Source of the DNA: Candidatus Altiarchaeota archaeon | GTDB lineage: Archaea > Altiarchaeota > Altiarchaeia > IMC4 > QMZM01 | Assembly: GCA_034659295.1 (NCBI GenBank) | Contig: JAYEGX010000055.1 | Span: 9,726-73,725 of the forward strand | Direction of reading: 5' to 3' | Length of the DNA: 64,000 bases | In this document: one piece after another, positions 37,255 through 46,824 of the stretch | How the letters are laid out: every line of letters begins with the position of its first letter | How positions within the stretch are numbered: position 1 is the first letter of the stretch | Notes under the pieces: generated by a model | What the model saw: the letters and a program-made list of their open reading frames with translations, nothing else | Database searches by the model: none | Told to the model about the DNA's origin: nothing | Program-made: the position numbers and the translations under genes

Positions 37255-40164
37255 CTAAAAAACAAAATATATCCAACAATCTTGCAGCCAAGTATCTCCG
37301 ATATTCTTGACCCAGACATACCAACAGCCGTCAGTTACCTGTTCAGGATAATTTATCGGCATAATCTTTACTAAATGTCGTGTCATATAATAATAAACAC
37401 CATCATGAACGCCTTTATATGCCCATGGATCTGCAGCAATGACTTTCTGGATACTGCTATAATCACTCACTGTGGGAGGGCCGATCTCCCAGTTTTGACC
37501 TGCATATTTGGCCATCACGTGCAGGTCGCCATGGCTGTAATGTGATTGCACCGCTGCCACGACTGTCAAAGTCGGATTGCTGGAACCAGAATCTGCCCGA
37601 AACTTAAAAAGTTTTATTTCTCCCGGCCTAAATCTAAAATCTCTGTAAGTGTCGCCCTTTATCAGCGTAATGCCCGGCCTTTCCCCGTCGCCATCACCGT
37701 CACCATCCCCGCCGCCGTCGCATTCGGAGAGTGGGGTTGAACAGGAAATGGATATGTGCCCTAAGATCGTGTCCTCCGGGGAATAGAATGCCGCGTACCA
37801 GAGCGATTTCGGGGTGGGTTTTGTAACCTCCAGCATTATTCCCGTAGAACCTGCACTCACACACCGTATGTATGAATCCTCATAACCTGCCGGTTTAGGG
37901 ATCATCCAGCCCCAAACAGTCGGATTACGGCTGATTTGCTGCCAATTAACGCCGTCGAAGCGTGTGTCGCCGACAGAGTTCATATACTCGATTTCTTCCA
38001 CGGTAGGCGGGCTGCCGCGCTTTAAAACAACACACCGGGCTCCGCCCGAATTCGAGTAAGGAGTTCCTATAATCTGTATAGGATGCCCCTCGTCATTGAT
38101 ACAACAGACGAATTTATAATAAACTGGTGTGCCGCCGTCAACATACACATCACTACCACCCGGAACCGTACCACCATCATGGAAATCACCGTCCACCAAA
38201 GGAATCCCGTCATCAGGAATCACTATATCCCCGTCACCATCGCCGTCACCATCGCCGCTACCGGCCTCAACACACTCTCCTGACATCATATTAACCATAC
38301 AGCCGCCAGCAATTCCACACGGGTTCATCGTACAACTCGCTCCACCGTAATCCCCACAACCAGAGGGAGGACTACCCCCACAACTCACACAGTTATTGTG
38401 TTTATTCACGTAACAGATGCCGGGAACACCGCAGATATTATAGATGCAATCCTGATACCCGGAAGACATGGAATAGCTGCTGCACTCCGTGATCAGAGAG
38501 CAATCAATACATGTTGGTGTTGTTGTCACACCCCCAGGAGAACGAAAAGGAAAATACAATATATTAACAATATTAACCACCAAAGCCATCAGGAGCAGGA
38601 CAATAATCACGTACTTGATGGCCCTCTTCGCCTCGCTTCTTTCGTAGGGCCCAAAAGAGACAATCAAGGCAACAGCATGTACGGCGAAAAACACCGCCGC
38701 CAGAATAATTAAGATAGTGGAGAAGAGACCCAGTAACCCGCCGACATTCTGATAGCCTTCGCATCCGCTGACACAGACCGCAGTACATTGCTCCCTGGCG
38801 CTTTCATCCTCGATGCCAGCACACCAGTCAGAGCAACAGGATTCACAATCCTCCCTGCAGTTCGCATACCCCCCGCATAACTGAGCCCAAATCTCCCTAC
38901 AGGTGGCACAGCACCTCGCCTCAACCCCCCCCTCCGAAGACATACCACCCCTTCCCACAGCCTGCGCAGTAATCTCCCGGCCATGACAGATCCCAGTGCA
39001 CGAGCACTTATATAGGAGGATTTCATCCAGCGGAGATGTTGTCGTAGTCACGAATTCCTCCACAACAACAGTCACAGTATCTCTATCAGTTTTACCTGCA
39101 TCAGAGCCTGAGCCGGTGAAAGTCAAGGATACGATAAATGTTCCCTCAGTGGCGTACTGGTGGCTGGTGCTTTCCCCTGAACCAGAGCTGCCGTCCCCGA
39201 AATCCCACCCGAAGCTGCCTACACCAATAGATTCGCTGGCATCGAAGTAGGCTGTGCCCCCAACACCTATGGTGACTGATTTTTTGTTCACATTTGTTGA
39301 GGTCTCACCCACGTAGGCTATCGCCTTGAAGTCAACGACCTCAACAGTCACAGTATCTATATCATTTTTACCTGCATCATCTCCTTCGCCGGTGAAAGTC
39401 AATGTCACAGTAAAGGTTCCCTCAGCAGGGAAGGTATGTGTTGGAGCGACTTCTGTATTGTCTACCGAACCGTCGCCGTCGAAATCCCACCCAAATCTGC
39501 CTTCACCACGAGAGTCGCTGGCATCGAAGTACACCACATCACCTATGTCAACGGTAACGCTCTTATAGTTAACATCTGATGCCGTCTTACCCACCTTGGC
39601 CACGGCATTAAACTCCGGCTCTTCAGGCTTCACCTCCTCTAAACGACAGTCGCAGTTACAGCCGTTTTCACAGCCGATGCTTACGTGGATGTGGGAGTGA
39701 TATGTTTTAATCCTGCCGCCCCCGCAATAGGCAAGCGCATCCCTTATCTCCTGCAGACATACCCTGTTTTTAAAATCCACTGCATAGGATTTACCTACAC
39801 ACGCCCTACCACCGTAGTGGCATGAATGTTCAACATGAGCGCATGGAGGCCGGCTCCATGAGCCGGGAACACACCTATCCATCCCCGCTGAATCAGAGAC
39901 CGAGCTTATAACCTTCGCCCTCTCAGGGAGGTAGCCCTCCATGCAGTCCAGAAGCGTTACAAGCGCAGGGGACATGTCACTGCATTGAGCGCCTGGGTTG
40001 CGTATATCATACTCACAAAGGATATACCCATGGCATGATGCTCCTGGCTGAGGGGAGCCGCTGCATTGAGCACTTGCAGAGTTGGAGAAAACGAAAAAGG
40101 ATATAATCATTAAACAGCTTATTCCCTTCAGGCCACGCCCAGCTCCCTTAGTTTCTGAATCCAT
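37255..40164 (-). CDS. Surface protein: M15/LAS-like Zn-peptidase domain + 2 PKD + Cys-rich region + VirB2/TrbC-pilin-like 2-TM hairpin + C-terminal extracellular domains
   Basis: Signal peptide; HSCHYGG...SYAVDF and HSHIHVS; PKD WDFDGDG/WDFGDG + GTFTVTLT; TM-SFGPYERSEAKRAIKY-TM; GDGDG linkers. Confidence 0.7.
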   Translation of the reverse strand: MDSETKGAGRGLKGISCLMIISFFVFSNSASAQCSGSPQPGASCHGYILCEYDIRNPGAQCSDMSPALVTLLDCMEGYLPERAKVISSVSDSAGMDRCVPGSWSRPPCAHVEHSCHYGGRACVGKSYAVDFKNRVCLQEIRDALAYCGGGRIKTYHSHIHVSIGCENGCNCDCRLEEVKPEEPEFNAVAKVGKTASDVNYKSVTVDIGDVVYFDASDSRGEGRFGWDFDGDGSVDNTEVAPTHTFPAEGTFTVTLTFTGEGDDAGKNDIDTVTVEVVDFKAIAYVGETSTNVNKKSVTIGVGGTAYFDASESIGVGSFGWDFGDGSSGSGESTSHQYATEGTFIVSLTFTGSGSDAGKTDRDTVTVVVEEFVTTTTSPLDEILLYKCSCTGICHGREITAQAVGRGGMSSEGGVEARCCATCREIWAQLCGGYANCREDCESCCSDWCAGIEDESAREQCTAVCVSGCEGYQNVGGLLGLFSTILIILAAVFFAVHAVALIVSFGPYERSEAKRAIKYVIIVLLLMALVVNIVNILYFPFRSPGGVTTTPTCIDCSLITECSSYSMSSGYQDCIYNICGVPGICYVNKHNNCVSCGGSPPSGCGDYGGASCTMNPCGIAGGCMVNMMSGECVEAGSGDGDGDGDGDIVIPDDGIPLVDGDFHDGGTVPGGSDVYVDGGTPVYYKFVCCINDEGHPIQIIGTPYSNSGGARCVVLKRGSPPTVEEIEYMNSVGDTRFDGVNWQQISRNPTVWGWMIPKPAGYEDSYIRCVSAGSTGIMLEVTKPTPKSLWYAAFYSPEDTILGHISISCSTPLSECDGGGDGDGDGDGERPGITLIKGDTYRDFRFRPGEIKLFKFRADSGSSNPTLTVVAAVQSHYSHGDLHVMAKYAGQNWEIGPPTVSDYSSIQKVIAADPWAYKGVHDGVYYYMTRHLVKIMPINYPEQVTDGCWYVWVKNIGDTWLQDCWIYFVF

Positions 40165-40652
40165 AGTTGAGTATCTCCTGGGACTATGAGGACGTCTTTC
40201 TCTTCATTGTTTTCTATGTAGTTAACCCGGATGTATTCCCTGAAAAGCTTGCTCTCTGTTTTCACTTCCTGCACCGAATTAAGCGGTATATCCAGGACCA
40301 CATCAAGCTCCTTGCCGATAATTCTCTTGTTGGTTAAGTACAGGCTCATGTACTTATGGGAGCGCCTCCCCAGCAGGCGACCCCTCTTGGAGGGAAACAA
40401 GACATAACCCTGGTCTATGCTCTCCAGGATTATTGACTCATCCTCGTCGGTTCTGGGGGGAATAACCTCCTTCTCAAAAGACATGAAAATCAGGTAGCTG
40501 CCGAACACCGCCAACAGCATGGCCAGAAAGCCTACCATGAACGGGAAACCAGTCCACAGGTTGTATACCAGAGCCAGAATCAACGCTATAACAAAACCCG
40601 CTATTACGCCCGTATATCCCAGAGCCCTTAAATCAGATTTATCCAATCTCAT
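40128..40652 (-). CDS. 2-TM membrane protein with a C-terminal PH-like domain
   Basis: Two N-terminal TM; LYLTNKRII...LDIPLNSVQEV pattern. Confidence 0.6.
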   Translation of the reverse strand: MRLDKSDLRALGYTGVIAGFVIALILALVYNLWTGFPFMVGFLAMLLAVFGSYLIFMSFEKEVIPPRTDEDESIILESIDQGYVLFPSKRGRLLGRRSHKYMSLYLTNKRIIGKELDVVLDIPLNSVQEVKTESKLFREYIRVNYIENNEEKDVLIVPGDTQLWIQKLRELGVA

Positions 40653-40703
40653 ATTGCCACCCTTATTTATTAGATTATTTAGGTTAAAGGGAAATAAAGG
40701 ATT

Positions 40704-42380
40704 TCACCATATAGGACCCTTCGGGGGGCCAACCGGTTTAGGTGGTGTGATCCTATCCTTCTTGTATGTCTCAAATTCAGCCTCCTCTGCCATGTCAGCA
40801 ACGCCTGAAAGCCACGGGACCTCAAGGGCTGAGAAAGCCACTATCATCATAGCCAGCCAGTCCATCAAGCCCATAGCAAACAAAGGTGCTATAATAATCA
40901 GGAGATAACAGGCCAGACCCATGCCCACCCTGAATGCCTGCTCCCCCACCAACCCGGTGGGCATGTGCACAACAGCTAATGTGATGCCCACAATAATCAA
41001 TGCCTCAATGAATTGGGTGGCAATCCACCAACCTGTCTGGTAGAGCATTTCATTACCCAGCCTCCTGGTTAAATGCAGGGAGTTCAGGAATATGGTGAAC
41101 GGGAAGAGTATCGCCCACAATATGACCATGAAGTACCTTAACACCAGCACGGTTATGGCAAAAAGATAGAAGATTATCTGGAACAGGGCTATGAATAAGC
41201 CAGTGAAGAAGGCGATTGCCATTATGCTCAGGTACTCGTAATTCAGGGAATTAATGCACTCGGTGCACATGAACTTTTTCGCATCCTCAATATCCACTAA
41301 AGTCATTGTGTAGGCAGACAGTATGTGGGTGAAGTCTAAGAGCAGCTGCATTATGGGTATGGTCAGGATGATAAGTCCTATGGAGATAATCATCCTCAGG
41401 AGTGTTGATTTAGCCCGCGCTCTTCCCAGAGGTGAGGCTGACATGAACAATAGATAAAAGACTGTTACAGCAATGCCGAGTATGTAGAAGGGTTCGAGCA
41501 GGTGTATGAAGAAATCCAGTGTGTGGACAACAACCGGCTCGGTAAGGTTAGGTTTAAGCAGGATGAAGTATTCTATGTCATTGCATATGTCTTCCATCTT
41601 GTCCAGGACACCTATTTTTATGCCAAGGTATCCTACAAGCAATCGTCCTGAAATCTTCTTGAACTCACCCCTGAATGATTTAAAAATAGGGGTTTTAACA
41701 CTCCAGTCAGATAGTCTTAATCGAAAACTCTCCATTATACCTGAGTGGTGTATTCCTGCTGTGCTTGCGACGATACTCTGCGCCCAGAACCCTACCTCCT
41801 CGGTCGTGTGGCTTGAGGTCATTACACCCTCAATCCATGTATCGGCTGTGGTGGAGCAGTTCTCGATGTCCAAGCCCTCCCTCTCACCCTTAACAGAGGC
41901 GTAGATGTGGTGGCCGTTGTTCATGGTGAAATCAAAGTATTTGGCGGCTATATCAGAGAGGTTGTCGTTGTCTATGACTCCAGGGGTGTCGGTGTCGAAT
42001 CTACAGCCCCTCCCCTCCACCAGCGGGCTTTCCGTAAGCTCCGTATACCCCACGTCCAGACCCTTCTGGACTACAATCATAGCCCTCTCTTTCGTCTCAG
42101 TGCATACCTCCTCTACGGTGGCTTTAAGGGCATTGCAGGTGCCCCTCTGCATCAGCTCGGCGTTTTCAATGAATCGCACACAGCGACTGTCTATTCTACA
42201 TTCTCTTATGTATTCCCTGTATTCAGATGTCCCTGGTAGAAGCCTGCAGGTGCTTTGCTCCACCCCCGCAAGTTCTTCATTCCCAGGAGACGATTCCCCC
42301 AACTCTAAGGCGCTCACGCTAGCTGAAAAAAATAAGGCGAACAACGCCAGCAACACCATCCCTTTTTTTCCGTAATCCAT
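40704..42380 (-). CDS. VirB6/TrbL-like polytopic membrane protein, paralogue 5, with an extra N-terminal extracellular domain
   Basis: Signal peptide; LLKP...LLEPFYILGI..FYLLFMSASPLGRARAK; LRYF..LW..LFP; GNEMLYQT.WW..TQ. Confidence 0.55.
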   Translation of the reverse strand: MDYGKKGMVLLALFALFFSASVSALELGESSPGNEELAGVEQSTCRLLPGTSEYREYIRECRIDSRCVRFIENAELMQRGTCNALKATVEEVCTETKERAMIVVQKGLDVGYTELTESPLVEGRGCRFDTDTPGVIDNDNLSDIAAKYFDFTMNNGHHIYASVKGEREGLDIENCSTTADTWIEGVMTSSHTTEEVGFWAQSIVASTAGIHHSGIMESFRLRLSDWSVKTPIFKSFRGEFKKISGRLLVGYLGIKIGVLDKMEDICNDIEYFILLKPNLTEPVVVHTLDFFIHLLEPFYILGIAVTVFYLLFMSASPLGRARAKSTLLRMIISIGLIILTIPIMQLLLDFTHILSAYTMTLVDIEDAKKFMCTECINSLNYEYLSIMAIAFFTGLFIALFQIIFYLFAITVLVLRYFMVILWAILFPFTIFLNSLHLTRRLGNEMLYQTGWWIATQFIEALIIVGITLAVVHMPTGLVGEQAFRVGMGLACYLLIIIAPLFAMGLMDWLAMMIVAFSALEVPWLSGVADMAEEAEFETYKKDRITPPKPVGPPKGPIW

Positions 42381-42384
42381 TCTC

Positions 42385-43461
42385 TCAGTAATCCTCTGGT
42401 GGCTTGATGACAACCTCCTCCTCCTCAAAGGGTTTCCTCTCAATTGTTGTTTCACTCACTACCACAGCACCGCTGCTTAGTGGAGCGGCCTGGACTATCT
42501 CGAACATGAAAATCGACAGCCCCATCCAGTTCATAACACCCAGTATCATGAAGGGAACAGCAAACATAAAGATAAGTGATGTAGCGTATATGAACTCCAG
42601 CGGGAGATTAGGTGATATAACAGGGAGAGTCGCTACTGTCACGGAGACAATGATTAATCCCACAGCCCAGCCCAGCTGCAAAAAAATCCAGATGATAGTC
42701 TGCTCGAACATCATCTTCCCCGCGTTTCTGGTTAAGTCCCATGAATAAAAGAATATGGTTACCGGCAGGAGAACAGCCATCAACCCCGCCATGATGTATC
42801 GTATGAACAGTATCAGATACAGGGCCATTAATAGCACAGTATCCAGGAGGAATATCTCTATACCACCATACCTGTGTATGAGGGTTATTTTCACGAAGGT
42901 ATCAAAGAGATCCTGAGCAGCCGCCCGGAGCGAACCCAAGGCTATTGTTATATCAGCAAGGTTCATAATCTGAGATGTCAGGCTCCCGGAAACATAATAA
43001 AGCAACTCGACGAGTAAAGGGGATACAGATATGAGAACCAACCCGATAATCAGCTTACCAAACCATTTCTTAGCCCTTGCCCTGTTCAGCGGAGACTGTG
43101 AGACAAAGATTATATAGAACCCCGTTAACATTATGGCCGCAATATAAAAGGGCTGCATCAGGTTAATGAAGAAACCCATGAAATGCTTTATGCTCCACAT
43201 AGGTGGGTTGGCTTTTATCAGGGAGGGCATATTATCGAATACCGATAAATAAAAGTAATGGATAAGGTTAGCCGAGTATATAATAATCCCCTTCCTGGCC
43301 ATTTTCGCTGCTTCACTGGTTAACATATTGAGAACTCCGCTTAATCCTATCGAGTAACCAGTGTATCCTTTGGTTTTAGCAGCGGAGACTGGGGGGATAG
43401 AGGCTAACACTAAAAGGAGTAATACAACACCTACCACCAGATTTTTTGTTCTTGTTTTCAT
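42385..43461 (-). CDS. VirB6/TrbL-like polytopic membrane protein, paralogue 4
   Basis: KANP...LMQPFYIAAI..GFYIIFVSQSPLNRARAK; IRY....LLP; GKMMFEQT..W..LQ. Confidence 0.55.
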   Translation of the reverse strand: MKTRTKNLVVGVVLLLLVLASIPPVSAAKTKGYTGYSIGLSGVLNMLTSEAAKMARKGIIIYSANLIHYFYLSVFDNMPSLIKANPPMWSIKHFMGFFINLMQPFYIAAIMLTGFYIIFVSQSPLNRARAKKWFGKLIIGLVLISVSPLLVELLYYVSGSLTSQIMNLADITIALGSLRAAAQDLFDTFVKITLIHRYGGIEIFLLDTVLLMALYLILFIRYIMAGLMAVLLPVTIFFYSWDLTRNAGKMMFEQTIIWIFLQLGWAVGLIIVSVTVATLPVISPNLPLEFIYATSLIFMFAVPFMILGVMNWMGLSIFMFEIVQAAPLSSGAVVVSETTIERKPFEEEEVVIKPPEDY

Positions 43462-44654
43462 GGTAAAAAGTCACGAAGGTGCTGTGCCCATATCAGGGGG
43501 AATATTATCAGCATCGCGTATATTGTAGCCCCAAGCACGAAATCCACGATATTGACTGTTGCAGGCATGGCCTCATAGAAGTCATGAAGCATGATTTCTG
43601 CCCCGGCAACCCCCACCACAGACCCTATTGCTCCACCGAGGAGTAAACCCCACCAATTAAGAACCTTTCCCGTCTGCAGCCCAATCTCCGCCGTAGATGG
43701 GCCTATAGCCAACACACTCATGAGGTCATACATGCCCCGGAGGTTTGTGAACGATATCTCGGCGTTCAAGACAACATGCTCTTCTATTGTGGTGCCGATA
43801 CCGACAAATACAACAATGATTAAGGCAATGAAGACCTGGAGGAATATCCACACAATCAACTGCTCCAGCAGTTTCTTGCCTATGCCCTTAAACCATGGGA
43901 GGCTGTAGAACAAAACCCCCAGGGGGAATAATACCATTAAGAGCGTGATAAGTATGTGCCTCAAACCCAGCACTATGTACGGGATGAAGGACATAGCAAA
44001 AAGCAGGGTGAGATAAGGGAGTCCAAGATCCGTATACGGTACCGCCGTCAAGGCATAAACCCAGAACAGGTTTTCGACTGCACCTCCCAGAGCAGCCTTT
44101 ACCTCCTCACCGCTTACCAGACTGAAAACAGACTCAGTCATCTCCTCAGACAACCCCAATAGCAGGTTTATTAGGGGTATGGATAGGGAGATAACAACCA
44201 TCGAAACCAGCAACCTGAGCAGGATATCCTTTGCCTTAGACCTTGATGAGGGCGATACGGGCATGAAGAGCAGATAGAATCCCACAGTTAATATAACCAG
44301 CACATAAACTGGTTGCAGTATCCTTATGAAAAACGCTATGAGCTCAAATATTAAGGCGTCGTGTGGTGAGGGATTGGACACTACCGCCACATGATAGTTG
44401 TTGGGGAATGACATGGCATACTTGGGCATGAATCCTCCATGGATTATTTTAACAACAAGAATCATTCTAAGAAAGTACCCCATGCCTTCACTCAAGAAAG
44501 TGCCGGTTTCTATTAATCCCTCGCTTTTCCAAAAGCTTTTTATATTACCCCATTCCCTTGATAAAAAGCCCTGTGAGAAAACGTTCGTGGAGAAGACTAT
44601 GATTAACAACAGAACCAATACTACCTGGTAATTCCTTTCCCATTCAATTTTCAT
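43458..44654 (-). CDS. VirB6/TrbL-like polytopic membrane protein, paralogue 3
   Basis: VSNPSP...ILQPVYVL...GFYLLFMPVSPSSRSKAK; LRH....LFP; GKKLLEQL..W..LQ. Confidence 0.55.
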   Translation of the reverse strand: MKIEWERNYQVVLVLLLIIVFSTNVFSQGFLSREWGNIKSFWKSEGLIETGTFLSEGMGYFLRMILVVKIIHGGFMPKYAMSFPNNYHVAVVSNPSPHDALIFELIAFFIRILQPVYVLVILTVGFYLLFMPVSPSSRSKAKDILLRLLVSMVVISLSIPLINLLLGLSEEMTESVFSLVSGEEVKAALGGAVENLFWVYALTAVPYTDLGLPYLTLLFAMSFIPYIVLGLRHILITLLMVLFPLGVLFYSLPWFKGIGKKLLEQLIVWIFLQVFIALIIVVFVGIGTTIEEHVVLNAEISFTNLRGMYDLMSVLAIGPSTAEIGLQTGKVLNWWGLLLGGAIGSVVGVAGAEIMLHDFYEAMPATVNIVDFVLGATIYAMLIIFPLIWAQHLRDFLP

Positions 44655-44659
44655 TTTTT

Positions 44660-45622
44660 TTATGGTAAAAAGTTTCTGAACCATATGAGCATCAACGCTG
44701 GAGTAAGCACGAGACTGAACACACCAACCAACAAAATCAAATCAAACCCGAAATTCCATAAAAATCCCGCAACCGAAAACTGTATATACATAAATCCCGG
44801 CTCTTTGGATATCATTGCTATTGCAGCAACAGCAACTACCACAGCATTAAATATCTGCAGGGAAGACCAGAGTATTGTCTGCTCCAACATGTTCCTGCCT
44901 ATGTTCTTGGTGAAATCGAAGGAGTACAGGAATATGGATAACGGGAGGAGTATAATCCACAAGAGAACAGCCAGATACCTTAATATAAGCATCAGATACG
45001 TCCCCCAGACAAGAAAGAAAAGAGGTAGGAAGGCGTAATACCCCAGCTCTACATTTATGAGACAAGACCACATATGCAGCTTTTTTAAACCCTCTATCAC
45101 CTTATTCAGGGTGTATGTGTAGTATGCGATATCAGCCTGTCCCAGAACAGATGAGGTGATGTTCTCTGTCATATAAAGGGTTATGGTCATTATTTGAGGA
45201 GCTAGTGATATCAAAGCCAGTGAAATAAACAGCTTCACCAGCATGGATTTCGCTTTATTCCTTCCTGAGGGGGTTGACGAAACAAGTATAAGATAAAACC
45301 CTGTTATCGATATGGCAAGCACATAGAAGGGTTGTAGAAGCGAAACAAAAAATCTTATTAAATCCAGCACTATAGGATCCTGGGGTGAGGGATTCATCAA
45401 AATAAAATCCCCCAGGTTGGCTGATAGCGCATCAAGCCCCCGGGTAGCATAGCTGGAAGCGACCCAGTAGTAAAACCATCTCTTTGCTAGATACGCAATA
45501 GTCATAGCTGAACCTTTGGCAGTTGCCTTCCCTGGTACATCTTTTGCACAAACAAAAACAACGATAGAGGATATTATCAATAACGCTGCTATGACCAGGA
45601 TGTATTTTCTCTCTTTTTTCAT
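44660..45622 (-). CDS. VirB6/TrbL-like polytopic membrane protein, paralogue 2
   Basis: LMNPSP...LLQPFYVLAI..GFYLILVSSTPSGRNKAK; LRY...LW..LLP; GRNMLEQT..WSSLQ. Confidence 0.55.
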   Translation of the reverse strand: MKKERKYILVIAALLIISSIVVFVCAKDVPGKATAKGSAMTIAYLAKRWFYYWVASSYATRGLDALSANLGDFILMNPSPQDPIVLDLIRFFVSLLQPFYVLAISITGFYLILVSSTPSGRNKAKSMLVKLFISLALISLAPQIMTITLYMTENITSSVLGQADIAYYTYTLNKVIEGLKKLHMWSCLINVELGYYAFLPLFFLVWGTYLMLILRYLAVLLWIILLPLSIFLYSFDFTKNIGRNMLEQTILWSSLQIFNAVVVAVAAIAMISKEPGFMYIQFSVAGFLWNFGFDLILLVGVFSLVLTPALMLIWFRNFLP

Positions 45623-45624
45623 GG

Positions 45625-46824
45625 TTACGGAGGTAATAGTTTCTGGAAAAAGGTGAACATTAATATAGGCCCCAAGAGCAACATGAACATACTAGTCCAG
45701 GTGAATATGCTAATGAAGAAGGGCTCTCCCGGGATATCTAATGCATCCATAGCACCTCCTATGAGGGGTATATCGCTCTTATGGATTCCTATACCGTATG
45801 ATTCATACATGCTGGTTGGGACGATTGATATTCCCACAGCGATTACAACAACCGTGATGCCATAGAAAACCTGCAGGCTGCTCCATAAAAGAGTCTGCTC
45901 CAACATAGTCTTCCCGAATCCCCGGGTGAACTCAAAAGATGAGAAAAAGATGGTGAAAGGCAACAGGAGACCCCACAAAAAAACCATAAAGTATCTGAGG
46001 GTTAACATACCATGTATTCCTATAAGTATAAGCATCAACAACAACACGAAGGGTGTGGTCCACACAATCTCAATCTCCACCAGCTCGATTGCATGCAAAG
46101 TTTTATGTAGTTGCTTAAGGTTTTTACTGGATTTTAGGTTACCAAAAAATCCGGTTAACGTGCCAACACCACCATAAAAAGCATTGGGGGCGTTTGCCAA
46201 CATAACCAGGTTCCTTATGACACATATCATCGAGGAAAACTCTGATGCTGCTATCGAAACATAAGCCTTAGGGTTTAACTCATCCCCTATAATCTCACCG
46301 GTAGAGTTCTCCGTCAACGATAAAAGCACCCCCACCAGCTCTGAAGAGAATGAAACCAGAACCATGCTAATAATAAGCTTAGCCAGCAACGACTTAGCCC
46401 TAGCCCGACCCAGAGGGGAGCCGGGTATGAATATTATATAAAACCCGGCCATTATTATAGCCAGTATATACACAGGATAAAGCAAACCCACGAAATACCT
46501 GAGAAGGTTAAGAGCTGCCGGGTTCTTGAGGTCGGGATTCAACAAGATGTATTTAGCTAGATTATTCTCTATGTCTTCTGCGATATTAGTCATCGAAGAC
46601 CATACCAAACGCATGTAAAGCACCCTCTGAGCTAGAGCAATATTTTCACCACTAGTAAAAAGGCCGAGAACTCCTTTCGCCAGAGGGTTTTGCTCTACCT
46701 TGCCGAAAATGTTAGTGGGGTGTATAAGAGAACTCTTCCCAGAAGAAACTGCAAACGGTATGATATTCAGGACTAATACTGAAACAATCAAGACCGCAAG
46801 CAGTTTATTCCCCCCTGAATCCAT
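45625..46824 (-). CDS. VirB6/TrbL-like polytopic membrane protein, paralogue 1
   Basis: LLNP...LLYPVYILAI..GFYIIFIPGSPLGRARAK; LRYF..LW..LLP; GKTMLEQT..WSSLQ. Confidence 0.55.
   Translation of the reverse strand: MDSGGNKLLAVLIVSVLVLNIIPFAVSSGKSSLIHPTNIFGKVEQNPLAKGVLGLFTSGENIALAQRVLYMRLVWSSMTNIAEDIENNLAKYILLNPDLKNPAALNLLRYFVGLLYPVYILAIIMAGFYIIFIPGSPLGRARAKSLLAKLIISMVLVSFSSELVGVLLSLTENSTGEIIGDELNPKAYVSIAASEFSSMICVIRNLVMLANAPNAFYGGVGTLTGFFGNLKSSKNLKQLHKTLHAIELVEIEIVWTTPFVLLLMLILIGIHGMLTLRYFMVFLWGLLLPFTIFFSSFEFTRGFGKTMLEQTLLWSSLQVFYGITVVVIAVGISIVPTSMYESYGIGIHKSDIPLIGGAMDALDIPGEPFFISIFTWTSMFMLLLGPILMFTFFQKLLPP

Noticed and set aside
37682..38260. CCGTCACCATCG-type short repeats
   Set aside because: Encode GDGDG linkers in the 969-aa protein; not CRISPR or an independent repeat element
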